Below, piece after piece: positions 7,924-16,225 of a stretch of 16,225 nt of DNA. Location of the stretch: assembly GCA_013331805.1 (NCBI GenBank), contig DUFS01000015.1, forward strand, positions 1 to 16,225, read 5' to 3'. Each line of letters opens with the position of its first letter. The first letter of the stretch is position 1. A program made the translations under genes and the position numbers. Under the pieces are notes generated by a model. The model worked only from the letters and a program-made list of their open reading frames with translations. It ran no database searches and was not told where the DNA came from. The stretch comes from Candidatus Micrarchaeota archaeon. GTDB lineage: Archaea > Micrarchaeota > Micrarchaeia > Anstonellales > Anstonellaceae.

Positions 7924-7939
7924 GGAAAAGGTTTATAAA
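7924..7939 (+). promoter_or_regulatory. BRE + TATA promoter of tuf
   Basis: Purine-rich GGAAAAGG then TTTATAAA (7932-7939); SD GGAGGTG at 8014-8020. Confidence 0.7.
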
Positions 7940-8027
7940 ATCAATCTCTAATATATGACAGCTTCGACTTAAGAAACGGCGTTAAGCTTCGTTCAGTCAG
8001 GCGTTATTCTAATGGAGGTGCGTAAAA

Positions 8028-9299
8028 ATGGCGGAAAAAGAGCACATTAACCTGATATTCATCGGACACGTCGACCACGGGAAATCAACCTCGGTCGGGC
8101 GCATACTTTACGAGACGGGCGCCCTCACCGAGCAGCAGCTCCGAAAGCTGAAGGAGGAGGCTGAGAAGGTCGGCAAGGCCACCTTCGAGTTCGCCTTCAC
8201 CATGGACACGCTCAAGGAAGAGCGCGAAAGGGGAGTGACCATCGACCTGTCCCACAAGGAGTTCCAGACCCCCAAGTTCTACTTCACCATCATTGACGCG
8301 CCCGGGCACAGGGACTTTGTGAAAAACATGATCACAGGAGCATCGCAGGCTGACGCCGCTGTGCTTGTGTGCTCAGCAAAAGAAGGAGTGCAGGCGCAGA
8401 CCAAGGAGCATGCTTTCCTTGCGAAAGTGCTCGGCATCAGCCAGCTAATTGTTGCAGTGAACAAGATGGACTCGGTCAACTACGACCACCTCAAGTTCGA
8501 CGAGACCAAGGTGGCGCTTTCCACGCTGCTCAAGAACATCGGCTACAAGATAGAGAACATCCCCTTTGTCCCGATTTCGGGCTACATGGGCGCGAACATC
8601 AAGACCAAGTCCCCGGACATGCCCTGGTACGCTGGTCCGACTCTGCTGGACTGCTTTGACAAGCTCACAGCGCCTGTGAAGCCCACGGACAAGCCCCTCA
8701 GGCTTCCGATACAGGATGTATTCACGATCACAGGCCACGGCACAGTGCCCGTTGGCCGCGTGGAAACAGGAGTCATGAAACTCAATCAGACCGTCATCTT
8801 CATGCCCTCGGGCGCAAAAGGCGAGGTCAAGAGGATCGAGATGCACCACCAGGAGCTGCAGCAGGCCGTGCCCGGCGACAACGTCGGCTTCAACGTGAAG
8901 AACGTTGACAAGAAGGACGTCAAGCGCGGCGAGGTGGTGGGCTCCGTGGACAGCCCGCCCAAGGTGGCATCCGAATTCACGGCGCAGATCGTGGTGCTGG
9001 AGCACCCGACGGCGATTGGCAAGGGCTACACCCCTGTCTTCCACCTGCACACGGCGCAGATCGCATGCACGATAACCGAAATACTCGAGAAAAAGGACCC
9101 CAAGACAGGGCAGACCATGCAGAAGAACCCGGACTTCATCAAGTCTGGCGACGTGGCGATAGTGAAGATCAAGCCGCTCAAGCCGGTCGTCGTTGAGAAG
9201 TTCGCCGAGTTCCCGCCGCTTGGCCGCTTTGCCATCCGCGACATGGGCCAGACAGTGGCCGCCGGCGTGGTGCTGGACGTGGTGGCAAAGACTGCCTGA
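8028..9299 (+). CDS. tuf: Translation elongation factor EF-1alpha
   Basis: [61 protein letters not shown]. Confidence 0.99.
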   Translation: MAEKEHINLIFIGHVDHGKSTSVGRILYETGALTEQQLRKLKEEAEKVGKATFEFAFTMDTLKEERERGVTIDLSHKEFQTPKFYFTIIDAPGHRDFVKNMITGASQADAAVLVCSAKEGVQAQTKEHAFLAKVLGISQLIVAVNKMDSVNYDHLKFDETKVALSTLLKNIGYKIENIPFVPISGYMGANIKTKSPDMPWYAGPTLLDCFDKLTAPVKPTDKPLRLPIQDVFTITGHGTVPVGRVETGVMKLNQTVIFMPSGAKGEVKRIEMHHQELQQAVPGDNVGFNVKNVDKKDVKRGEVVGSVDSPPKVASEFTAQIVVLEHPTAIGKGYTPVFHLHTAQIACTITEILEKKDPKTGQTMQKNPDFIKSGDVAIVKIKPLKPVVVEKFAEFPPLGRFAIRDMGQTVAAGVVLDVVAKTA

Positions 9300-9301
9300 A
9301 G

Positions 9302-9315
9302 TTTTTGAATTTTTT
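9302..9315 (+). terminator. Oligo-T terminator-like tract after tuf
   Basis: TTTTTGAATTTTTT directly after the stop codon. Confidence 0.4.
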
Positions 9316-9376
9316 ATGGCTTTGAGCTGGATTGGGTGTCCGGTCAAGAGGATCGGAACGGCATATTGGTGAATTG

Positions 9377-9427
9377 ATCAGCATCGCCCTGCGAGGCGAT
9401 GTCTGAAAATTTCAGGGTGAAATTTTC
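9377..9427 (+). promoter_or_regulatory. Double-hairpin leader element, copy 2 (rps10 5' region)
   Basis: ATCAGCATCGCC-CTGCGA-GGCGATGTCTGAAAATT-TCAGGGTGA-AATTTTC-ATG. Perfect 10-bp stem GAAAATTTCA/TGAAATTTTC overlaps the SD GGTGA. Confidence 0.75.
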
Positions 9428-9733
9428 ATGGGAAAAGCGAGGATCAAGCTGATTGGCAAGACCCCGGAGGACCTCGAGGAGGTCTGCAAGCAGATCGTGG
9501 AGATTGCCAAAATGACCGGAGTGGAAATCAAGGGCCCGGTCCCGCTTCCCACCCGCCGATTGAACGTATGCACCCGCCGCTCCCCGTGCGGGGACGGCTC
9601 GGACACCTACGAGCACTGGGAGATGCGCATCCACAAGAGAATAATAGACGTCGCAGGCGACGAAAGGACGCTGCGGCAGATCATGCGCGTCCGCGTGCCC
9701 GAAAATGTCCAGGTAAAAATCAGCCTCGAGTAA
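9428..9733 (+). CDS. rps10: 30S ribosomal protein S10 (uS10), archaeal type
   Basis: KARIKLIG, GPVPLPT, RRSPCGDG..TYEHWEMRIHKRIID; located downstream of tuf. Confidence 0.98.
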   Translation: MGKARIKLIGKTPEDLEEVCKQIVEIAKMTGVEIKGPVPLPTRRLNVCTRRSPCGDGSDTYEHWEMRIHKRIIDVAGDERTLRQIMRVRVPENVQVKISLE

Positions 9734-9743
9734 TAATCTTCTT

Positions 9744-11858
9744 TTAGTCATTTGCTGCCTGCCCAACTTTCACAATAGTATACGTTGACGCAAGCAGCCG
9801 GTCAGCAGTTGTCATGCCCAGGTCAAATGTGCTGCAAAATTCCTTGACATACGGCTCCAGCTTTGAGATTTCAGGATCTGTGAGGCGCCTTCCCTCCACC
9901 ACCAGCTTGCTTTCGAAAAGAGGAGCTATGTCACCGGTTGCCCTTGCGAGTTTTGCAGCAGCCTCATCAGGGATCGCCCCCTGGTGCTGGTCATTCCTGA
10001 TTATCCGAAGCACCCTGTCCAATATCAGCGGATTTCTGCGTATTTCCCGAAGCGCGGTTTCGGTTATGATCCCTTCGTCCTTGAGCGCGGAGCAGACCGC
10101 TATCACCTCGCGCCTTGAAGGCGGCCTGCCTATTCTTTCAGCAGGCACGTGGCCACGGATGTACGCCTCGCCGCCCACCGCGCCGGTCATCAGGAAGTCG
10201 CCGACTATCGGGCTGTCGGTGTCCTCCTTGCCAAGATTTTCAAGCCCGAGCACCACTCCTATGCCGCCTGCGTTCATCTTCAGGAAATAAGGGCCGGCGG
10301 TCTCACCGACTATCACCACAGGAGGGCGGCCGTTGTTTGGCCGAAGCTGCTGGAATCCCCTTGCATCCACGCCGCCCCTCACATAGGCGACCCTTCCCTG
10401 GAATGCGTTTCCGTACATAAGCGACGCATTTGCGTGCACTATCACGGTGTCCAGCTGCGATGCTTCAAGCGCGTTCGGCTCGGATGACCCCACAATCTCA
10501 AGAGAGCCTTTTCCTTCCGAATAGCTGGCCCCGTGGTTGCCCAGGATTCCCGCATAAACCTCATGGCCGTCGATCTTTTTGCCGGCAAACTGGTGCGGGG
10601 CGCCGTTTATTTTCGGGATGCCGTCTTTGGCAAGAGCGGGCACGCTTATGTACGGCCGCTGCGTCCTGCCCGAAGATTTGATCCCTGAGCGCGAGGATAC
10701 CCACAGGTACTTGCCCCTCTCAGGCGAATACGTCTCAACCAGGGGCGAGAATATCTCCAACCCAGCAGCTGCGGTTATCTGCCGCAGCTCGCTTGCAGCG
10801 TACACAACCTGGTTCTCGTGGTCTATCACTATCTGGAGCGGACGGAAGTCGTTCCGGTCGCGGAATGCGATCATGTGCACATCATCCTCATATGCAATCA
10901 GGGCTATGCACGAGACAGGTCCGTCCAGGCCAAAGCCCTGGTACTTGAACGCCCTTTTTTCAAGGCGGCTGCGCTCCTGGCTTCCGCGCATCAGGCCAGT
11001 AAGGTGGTTGTCGAACGGCGGGACAAGAGCCTCCATCACGCCGGACAGCGAGAGGCTCGGATCGGACATCAGCCCGTTTTTCAGGAGCGTGTACATCATG
11101 GCGGAAATTATCTCGCTGTCCGTGCCCACCCAGCTCTTCCGCAGGGACGATAGGAATTCGCCAATCCCGTTCTGGGTATTCCTATGGTAGAGCATCGCAA
11201 GCAGCGATTCGCATGCAGCAAGATTGGCGCTGTACGAGGTCACGTCCCCGTTGTGCACTATCCCCACGTTCCCAAAGCCGAAAGGATGCGCCCGGACAAT
11301 CTTGGGCGACGAGCCCGTGGGGTATCTGGTGTGCGCTATCATGGCGTGCGCCTGGATGGAGCTTAGGTTGTACATGCTGTCCAGGGCTGCAAGCGAGTCA
11401 AGCCCCTTGAACAGCGTCATCCCGTGCCCGAAGGAGATTATCCTCGCGTCATCAAGCGAGAGGCTGGAATTCGCCTTCACCACCCCGCTAAGAAGCGGCA
11501 AATATTCCGCGGTTGTCGTTGCCTGGTAAATGTCCCCTGAGCCTTCCCTTTTGAAATCCGAGGATTGAATCCCGGACTCCGAAAGCTTCGCAGCAATTTC
11601 CTCCACAAACACCTGCTTCCTTGCCCATACTATCAGATTTTTCCCGCGCTCGGTCCTGTTCGGGGAGGCGAACATAACCCCGTTCCCGAATATGCCGCCC
11701 CTTGCCGCTTCTGCTGCGCAGATGCCCTCCACTGCCAGCCTTCCGGGTATTTTCTTTGCCTCGCCCCCGTTGTTGTTGAACGATATGGCGCCGAATATTG
11801 CGCAGGCTGACGCCTCCTTCCTGATCGGTTCAATTTTCCTAAGTGCCAATATAGTCAA
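9744..11858 (-). CDS. Glutamate synthase-related subunit: class II glutamine amidotransferase domain fused to GXGXG beta-helix domain
   Basis: Short propeptide then catalytic Cys (EASA-CAIFG), AHTRYPT, AHPF, HNGDV, GTDSE, LDGP, RDRNDFRP, ASE. C-terminal VIVGETAGPYF..MNAGG..VVLG, VGDF..TGAVGG.AYIRG. TTG start at 11858 or 11849. Confidence 0.88.
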   Translation of the reverse strand: MTILALRKIEPIRKEASACAIFGAISFNNNGGEAKKIPGRLAVEGICAAEAARGGIFGNGVMFASPNRTERGKNLIVWARKQVFVEEIAAKLSESGIQSSDFKREGSGDIYQATTTAEYLPLLSGVVKANSSLSLDDARIISFGHGMTLFKGLDSLAALDSMYNLSSIQAHAMIAHTRYPTGSSPKIVRAHPFGFGNVGIVHNGDVTSYSANLAACESLLAMLYHRNTQNGIGEFLSSLRKSWVGTDSEIISAMMYTLLKNGLMSDPSLSLSGVMEALVPPFDNHLTGLMRGSQERSRLEKRAFKYQGFGLDGPVSCIALIAYEDDVHMIAFRDRNDFRPLQIVIDHENQVVYAASELRQITAAAGLEIFSPLVETYSPERGKYLWVSSRSGIKSSGRTQRPYISVPALAKDGIPKINGAPHQFAGKKIDGHEVYAGILGNHGASYSEGKGSLEIVGSSEPNALEASQLDTVIVHANASLMYGNAFQGRVAYVRGGVDARGFQQLRPNNGRPPVVIVGETAGPYFLKMNAGGIGVVLGLENLGKEDTDSPIVGDFLMTGAVGGEAYIRGHVPAERIGRPPSRREVIAVCSALKDEGIITETALREIRRNPLILDRVLRIIRNDQHQGAIPDEAAAKLARATGDIAPLFESKLVVEGRRLTDPEISKLEPYVKEFCSTFDLGMTTADRLLASTYTIVKVGQAAND

Positions 11859-14109
11859 CTCCCAGCAAATCGGCAGTCTCCTTGGGCAGGTAGTGGTCGG
11901 CGCGCAGGATGTTCCGGTTCCCGATTATCGAGCTCATCATGCTCAGGCCCGACGCGCCCATGAGCATCTGGTCTTCGGCCCTAAGGCCCCGGATCAGGTT
12001 GAGTTTCCTTTGGTAGGTCGGCTTTGTTATGAGCCCGTCCGGATCGAGTATTACCGCATCAGCGCCAAGGCAGTTGAGCGCGTACAGGTCGCGCGAGCTC
12101 CTGAAATTAACCGGCTTTGCGAGTATCTTGAAGCCGTTCCTCAGTACCTTGCCGCTTTCTTCATCTATCTCCGAACTCAGGCTGTGATGAGTTTGGCTGA
12201 TTGCGATGTCCAGCGGCACGCTGCTTTTCATGGACAGGTCTCCCCCGATTATCACTCCATTGACGCCCAGCTTAGCCAGCCAAACTGCCTCTTCGTTGGT
12301 GTTCTCGCCGGATTCGAGCCGAACATACACGGCAGTTTTTGGGGAATGCAGCCTCAGCAGGCGCAGGGCTTCGGCGTTGACGTCCTCCTTGTCCAGTATG
12401 ACTCCGGCGGATTCCCGTATCTTGTATATGTCCTTAACTATGGATTCGGACTTGATTGGCACCAGCGCATGCTTCGAGTCATCCACTTCGCCGCCTTCCA
12501 GCACGATCGTATTGGTCTCCCTGGCAAGCCTCCTGGTTTCCGAGTCGCTGCCCTCCAATATTATCGGCATCCCTATTATGACGCCGCCAGGAAGCCTCAC
12601 CACGGTTTCTATCACTTCGCGGTGGTGGTCATACGCCGGTCCGACCACTGTCCTGCCCTCGTGCGTGAGATAATCCAAATTTGAGAATCTCGGGTTCAGG
12701 TCCAGCGTCCTGCCCATGCTGGCTATGGTGGGCTTGCCGGTTTCAGCAAGATTTTCTAGAAGATCCTGGAAATATTTCTGCGGCTTTATTTCCGGAACAG
12801 GATAGATCTGCCCCTTCTTCCTCACGGTCACGCCGAGCGCCTGCGCCAGCAGGTCCGGCATGTCAACCGCATAGAGCAGGTCTGACCTGCCCCTTGATTC
12901 GGAAGGGTTCGTGAAGCCGTAAGCCCCAAGCATGAGCTCCCAGGTCGCCTTGAATGAGTCGAAGAAATTCCCGAGGAACAGTGTCCCCCACTCCACGTCC
13001 AGGACCTTTTTCTTCACGCCTTTAGATTCCCTAACCGCTGCGATTGCCGCCGGGCATTCCTTGTGGCACATGTTCACCACTACGCAGCCCAGGGCGTTGA
13101 GGGAAGCCGTGCCCAGGATGACCCCGTCCGCGCCGAGGAGGTTCAGCTTGAACGCCTTTTCAGGCGAGTCCACCCTGCCCCCGGCGATTATGGCGAACCT
13201 GTCCCGCGCTCCCATGCCCTCTATTTCCCGGTGCGCTAGCCTGACTGCAAGCTCTATTGTCATGCCTATGTGGTCGCGATGTATGGCAGGCGCTGCTCCT
13301 GTCCCGCCTCCGAGCCCGTCGATTATTATGCCGTCCGCGCCAGAGCGGGCTGCGCCTGCTGCAACCGAGGCTATGGAATGCGAAGCCCCGACCTTTACCA
13401 GCACTATCTTTCCGGTGGTCTCCTTTATTGCCTGCACCAGCGCCCTCATCTCCTCTATTGAGAAAACCCGGTTCGCATCCGAAAGTATGTCGATCCCCTC
13501 CGGCATTCTCCGGATTTTCCTTATGAGTTCGGTCACTTTCCCTAAAGGGAGCATGCCTCCCTGACCGGTCTTTGCGCTCTGGCTCATTTTTACGGATACC
13601 GCAGCGGCGTTGCGAAGCATGGTGGCGTTGACTCCGAAAAGCCCGCTTGCGACCTGCACCATCACCTGCGCCATCATCTCTGCGTTTTCGGATATGGACG
13701 GCAAAACCCCGCCCTCCCCTACCCCGAATATGAAATTCTTTGCCCAGGCCGCATTCGCAACCGACTGGTGCACTTCGGGCTGCGTTGCTCCGAGCGAATA
13801 CTCCCCGAAAATGATGGGTGCGGAATAAGTGCGGCTCCCGAGGCGGAAGGAGAGGCCTGTCGGAGTGCCCTGCGTGCCGGGCGGCTCAACAACAAGCATG
13901 TCTGAAACAGAGTAAGGGGGCGTTTCAAACCTGGGCTTGAATTCCGTCAGCCGCCCTATCTCAAAATCAGGCTTGCCAGTGCTGCCCATCCTCTGGATGC
14001 GTTCCACAATGGGCTCTCCAAAATACCTCCTGCCGCCAGTTTCCCTATGTTTTCCAGGAACCTTCAGGTAACCTTGGACTACCTTGGTGACCGTGTTTCC
14101 TGTGTTCAT
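11839..14109 (-). CDS. Glutamate synthase FMN-binding subunit with a second, degenerate barrel-like domain
   Basis: GEYSLGA, GEGG, QVASGLFGV, VKMSQSAKTGQGGMLP..KVT.LI..IR, IDGLGGGTGAAP, AGGRV, GAD, and the Fe-S motif CVVVNMCHKECP. ATG at 14109 follows GAGGGG (track start 14148 less likely). Confidence 0.9.
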   Translation of the reverse strand: MNTGNTVTKVVQGYLKVPGKHRETGGRRYFGEPIVERIQRMGSTGKPDFEIGRLTEFKPRFETPPYSVSDMLVVEPPGTQGTPTGLSFRLGSRTYSAPIIFGEYSLGATQPEVHQSVANAAWAKNFIFGVGEGGVLPSISENAEMMAQVMVQVASGLFGVNATMLRNAAAVSVKMSQSAKTGQGGMLPLGKVTELIRKIRRMPEGIDILSDANRVFSIEEMRALVQAIKETTGKIVLVKVGASHSIASVAAGAARSGADGIIIDGLGGGTGAAPAIHRDHIGMTIELAVRLAHREIEGMGARDRFAIIAGGRVDSPEKAFKLNLLGADGVILGTASLNALGCVVVNMCHKECPAAIAAVRESKGVKKKVLDVEWGTLFLGNFFDSFKATWELMLGAYGFTNPSESRGRSDLLYAVDMPDLLAQALGVTVRKKGQIYPVPEIKPQKYFQDLLENLAETGKPTIASMGRTLDLNPRFSNLDYLTHEGRTVVGPAYDHHREVIETVVRLPGGVIIGMPIILEGSDSETRRLARETNTIVLEGGEVDDSKHALVPIKSESIVKDIYKIRESAGVILDKEDVNAEALRLLRLHSPKTAVYVRLESGENTNEEAVWLAKLGVNGVIIGGDLSMKSSVPLDIAISQTHHSLSSEIDEESGKVLRNGFKILAKPVNFRSSRDLYALNCLGADAVILDPDGLITKPTYQRKLNLIRGLRAEDQMLMGASGLSMMSSIIGNRNILRADHYLPKETADLLGVDYIGT

Positions 14110-14300
14110 GTGCGTCCCCTCTGCCAACAACAAGCACCTCTCGCCCATTTTGCGGCATAAGTTGCCTTAGGGACATTCTTTAGTTCAAAAACAGGCACAA
14201 GCAGCTTCAAAGAAAATATGATTCCGCATCCTCCGTAAATTGGCTGCCTTTCCACTAGGGTCGCGCTTACCCCTGCAGGCGTTGCCCCTTTCACTTGCAT
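14106..14300 (-). CDS. Possible 64-aa upstream ORF coupled to the glutamate synthase operon
   Basis: ATG preceded by GGTGGGG; stop overlaps the next start (ATGA); lies downstream of a TATA box. No recognisable homology. Confidence 0.3.
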   Translation of the reverse strand: MQVKGATPAGVSATLVERQPIYGGCGIIFSLKLLVPVFELKNVPKATYAAKWARGACCWQRGRT

Positions 14301-14342
14301 GCCCCACCAATGCGGAAATTTTTTCCTTTTTTGGGCTCACTA

Positions 14343-14350
14343 ATTTATAA
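14343..14350 (-). promoter_or_regulatory. TATA box for the glutamate synthase operon
   Basis: TTATAAAT on the minus strand, ~235 bp upstream of ATG 14109 and ~45 bp upstream of ATG 14300. Confidence 0.5.
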
Positions 14351-14663
14351 GAGCTCGTAACAAAACCGCAAGTAATATCGGCGATAGGCGAACACGCAAA
14401 GAGCACGCAGGTGAATGCTTCCCTCGAACGGATTTTTCCATTGGAAAAAAGAAAATCAGATTCTTCCCATAATGGGCGGGCTGCTGCTCCCCTCCTGAAG
14501 CCAGCTCAAAATATCTACTTTCGGCTCCAAAAACTTGGCGCTGATCGGCACCCTGCCGATCGCCAGGAGCAGCCCCTCGCTTCTTTTCCTGTTCACTTCG
14601 TTTTTTTCTAGGTAAACCACCTCTCGCGTTTGTCGCCCTTTCAGGCGCGTGAAAGGGTTCGAG

Positions 14664-14714
14664 TATTCTATTTATAATAATATATAAAAAAATAATTCTT
14701 AATAGAATAAATAA
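14664..14714. other. Very AT-rich tract bounded by a 9-bp inverted repeat
   Basis: TATTCTATT (14664-14672) and AATAGAATA (14701-14709); only 3 G/C in 51 bp. Confidence 0.7.
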
Positions 14715-14893
14715 CTTCAAACAATTTCCCCGTGGGCTTTGTGGGAAAAGAGCAATCTTTTTTCTTTATCACTTTGCTTTCGTTTCATTAATGAGAAAGA
14801 AAAAGCGCCGACGAGGGGTTATTTCCTCCAGAGCGTGTTTTGCTATTCTTATGGCGTGCCACGCCCTAGGAAAATGACTATCAAGAGACGCTG

Positions 14894-15640
14894 TTAATCC
14901 TCTGCGCAACTGTCCCACATGAACTGAAAGAATTTACGGTAGCCGTCAGCCAACTTCCTGCTTTTCATCACGAACTGAATTGGCTCCTCGTATAGTCTGC
15001 CTGGCTTGGTACCGACAAAAGTAACGACATAATCTCCGAATATGTCCACTGCCGTTGGACTGGAATACTTTTTTGGCAGGAATTTGTACGGCTTTCCAAC
15101 CAGCCCCAATATTTCCGGCTTCTGCTCCTTTACCTCATAATCGAACAGGTGCATGAATTTTATTCCAAGCCGCTTTCTTTCCCTCTGGAATCGCGGCAGA
15201 TAGTTCCTTAGTCTTGGATCCAGCCAGAACGCCTTTGCGCCAATGAAATAGACTGTTTCTTTTGTCTCGAGTATGTCCTGCAGATAATTCTTGAATCCCT
15301 CGATTCCACGGTAAAGGTAGGCTTCCTCCTTTTCCTCTGCTGATTCGTACTTTTTTTCCATATCTGGAAGCACGTCGTTTATCCTCTCCTGCTTTTCGTT
15401 CACAAGTTCCAGCAGCCTGCGCGGGTTGATTGCCTTGAAATTCTTCTCGCCTCTTACGAATACCTCTGATGCCAGCCCCCTTTCCGCCAGTTTGGTAAGC
15501 GAATCGTAAACGTTTCGCCTGTGCACCTTTGCCTTGAGTGAGATACTCTGCACAGATGCTTCGCCAATGGAAAGCAGAGCTTCGTAAACCCTTGCTTCGT
15601 TCTGGCTCAGACCGATGTCGCGCAGCAACTCCTCATACAT
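14894..15640 (-). CDS. TrmB-family transcriptional regulator
   Basis: N-terminal wHTH L..IGLS.NEARVY.ALL..G...I.....VHR.NVYD.L..L.ERGL, then a coiled helix, Y.G.EG, and a C-terminal effector domain ending F..MW. Confidence 0.9.
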   Translation of the reverse strand: MYEELLRDIGLSQNEARVYEALLSIGEASVQSISLKAKVHRRNVYDSLTKLAERGLASEVFVRGEKNFKAINPRRLLELVNEKQERINDVLPDMEKKYESAEEKEEAYLYRGIEGFKNYLQDILETKETVYFIGAKAFWLDPRLRNYLPRFQRERKRLGIKFMHLFDYEVKEQKPEILGLVGKPYKFLPKKYSSPTAVDIFGDYVVTFVGTKPGRLYEEPIQFVMKSRKLADGYRKFFQFMWDSCAED

Positions 15641-15766
15641 GAACCTATTTTGTTGCCCTTGGTTTAAATCCCTTTCTCTAAATTGGTGGCAATCACCACC
15701 ACATATATATAAATAGTTCTAACTACGCAAAGAAACACAGACAAACACAGATGGAGGTTGATGGAA

Positions 15767-16225
15767 ATGGTGGGATTCAAAAGAAGTGAAGCTAATGCGC
15801 GCCCAAGTGCTACGCCCCTGGGCGTTCTTGACAGGATGAGTTGGAGGAACGCAGGCAATGGCGCTGTGCCCTTCAGAAGCCTTCCACTGATAGACCAGCA
15901 CACTGTTCTTATGAAAGCCTGGAAAGAGAAAGGAAATAGCCAGAAAGCCCAAAGAAATGCATCTGAAGTGGTTGAAGAAAAAATGAAAGTTAGGGACTAC
16001 CAGGGCGCTGCCGATATAGCATTCGGATATAGTATACTCGTAATTAATGATCCGGATCCGGCTGCGTGTGAGCGAGTGACGTATAAGCGGCTGGTTGAGC
16101 AGTCGGAAAATGCTGCCAGGCAGCTTCATTGGGAGATGATGCGTGGGAGGAACTTTGAAGCCGCTGAGAAAATAGCGGAAAAATATAGTTTGTATGATGC
16201 ACAATATGGACATAAGATGCGCAAG
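15767..16225 (+). CDS. Hypothetical protein, truncated by the window end
   Basis: SD GGAGGT (15753-15758), ATG 15767 (or 15761), frame open to 16225 (MVGFKRSEANARPSATPLG...KYSLYDAQYGHKMRK). TATA-like TATATAAA near 15706-15713. Confidence 0.7.
   Translation, partial: MVGFKRSEANARPSATPLGVLDRMSWRNAGNGAVPFRSLPLIDQHTVLMKAWKEKGNSQKAQRNASEVVEEKMKVRDYQGAADIAFGYSILVINDPDPAACERVTYKRLVEQSENAARQLHWEMMRGRNFEAAEKIAEKYSLYDAQYGHKMRK

Noticed and set aside
8445..9347. 300-aa antisense ORF and other ORFs overlapping tuf
   Set aside because: Shadow ORFs from biased codon usage of an unambiguous EF-1alpha gene.
9814..13828. Many + strand ORFs (up to 330 aa) opposite the glutamate synthase genes
   Set aside because: Antisense shadows with no recognisable motifs; the minus-strand proteins carry full catalytic signatures.
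14212..14326. NrpR operator (GGAA-N6-TTCC) upstream of glutamate synthase
   Set aside because: Only imperfect matches: GAAA-N6-TTCC at 14212-14225 and GGAA-N5-TTCC at 14314-14326.
14470..14580. SRP RNA or RNase P RNA
   Set aside because: CCAGG and AGCAG are directly adjacent without the helix-8 GNRA hairpin, and no RNase P conserved motifs are seen.
14340..14720. 126-aa minus-strand ORF in the intergenic region
   Set aside because: It starts in the low-complexity AT tract, crosses several palindromes and lacks an SD or recognisable features.
15719..16213. 164-aa minus-strand ORF
   Set aside because: The opposite + frame has a strong SD, a promoter and protein-like composition, while this ORF would run into the divergent promoter.

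Overview
Archaeal chromosomal window. EF-1alpha, eL40, uS10, an intron-containing tRNA and TATA/GGTGA signals establish the domain; a DPANN lineage such as Micrarchaeota is my inference. In order: a secreted Cys-rich protein; a ~6.3 kb integrase-less island (lipoprotein plus ~1800-aa M6 metalloprotease with Ig-like repeats) bounded by copies of the 3' end of tRNA-Thr(UGU); that tRNA, with a 107-nt intron made of four hairpins; rpl40e, a DUF2666-like gene, tuf and rps10; a convergent two-gene split glutamate synthase-like operon; a ~750-bp palindrome-rich intergenic region with an AT-rich core; a TrmB-family regulator; and a divergent partial ORF. Most notable: (1) a near-identical ~50-nt double-hairpin element directly before both rpl40e and rps10 that encloses the Shine-Dalgarno sequence, a candidate ribosomal-protein leader I do not recognise; (2) two direct and one inverted copy of the tRNA-Thr 3' end around the island; (3) a TGCAAC/GTTGCA hairpin shared by the tRNA intron and the region before the tuf promoter.
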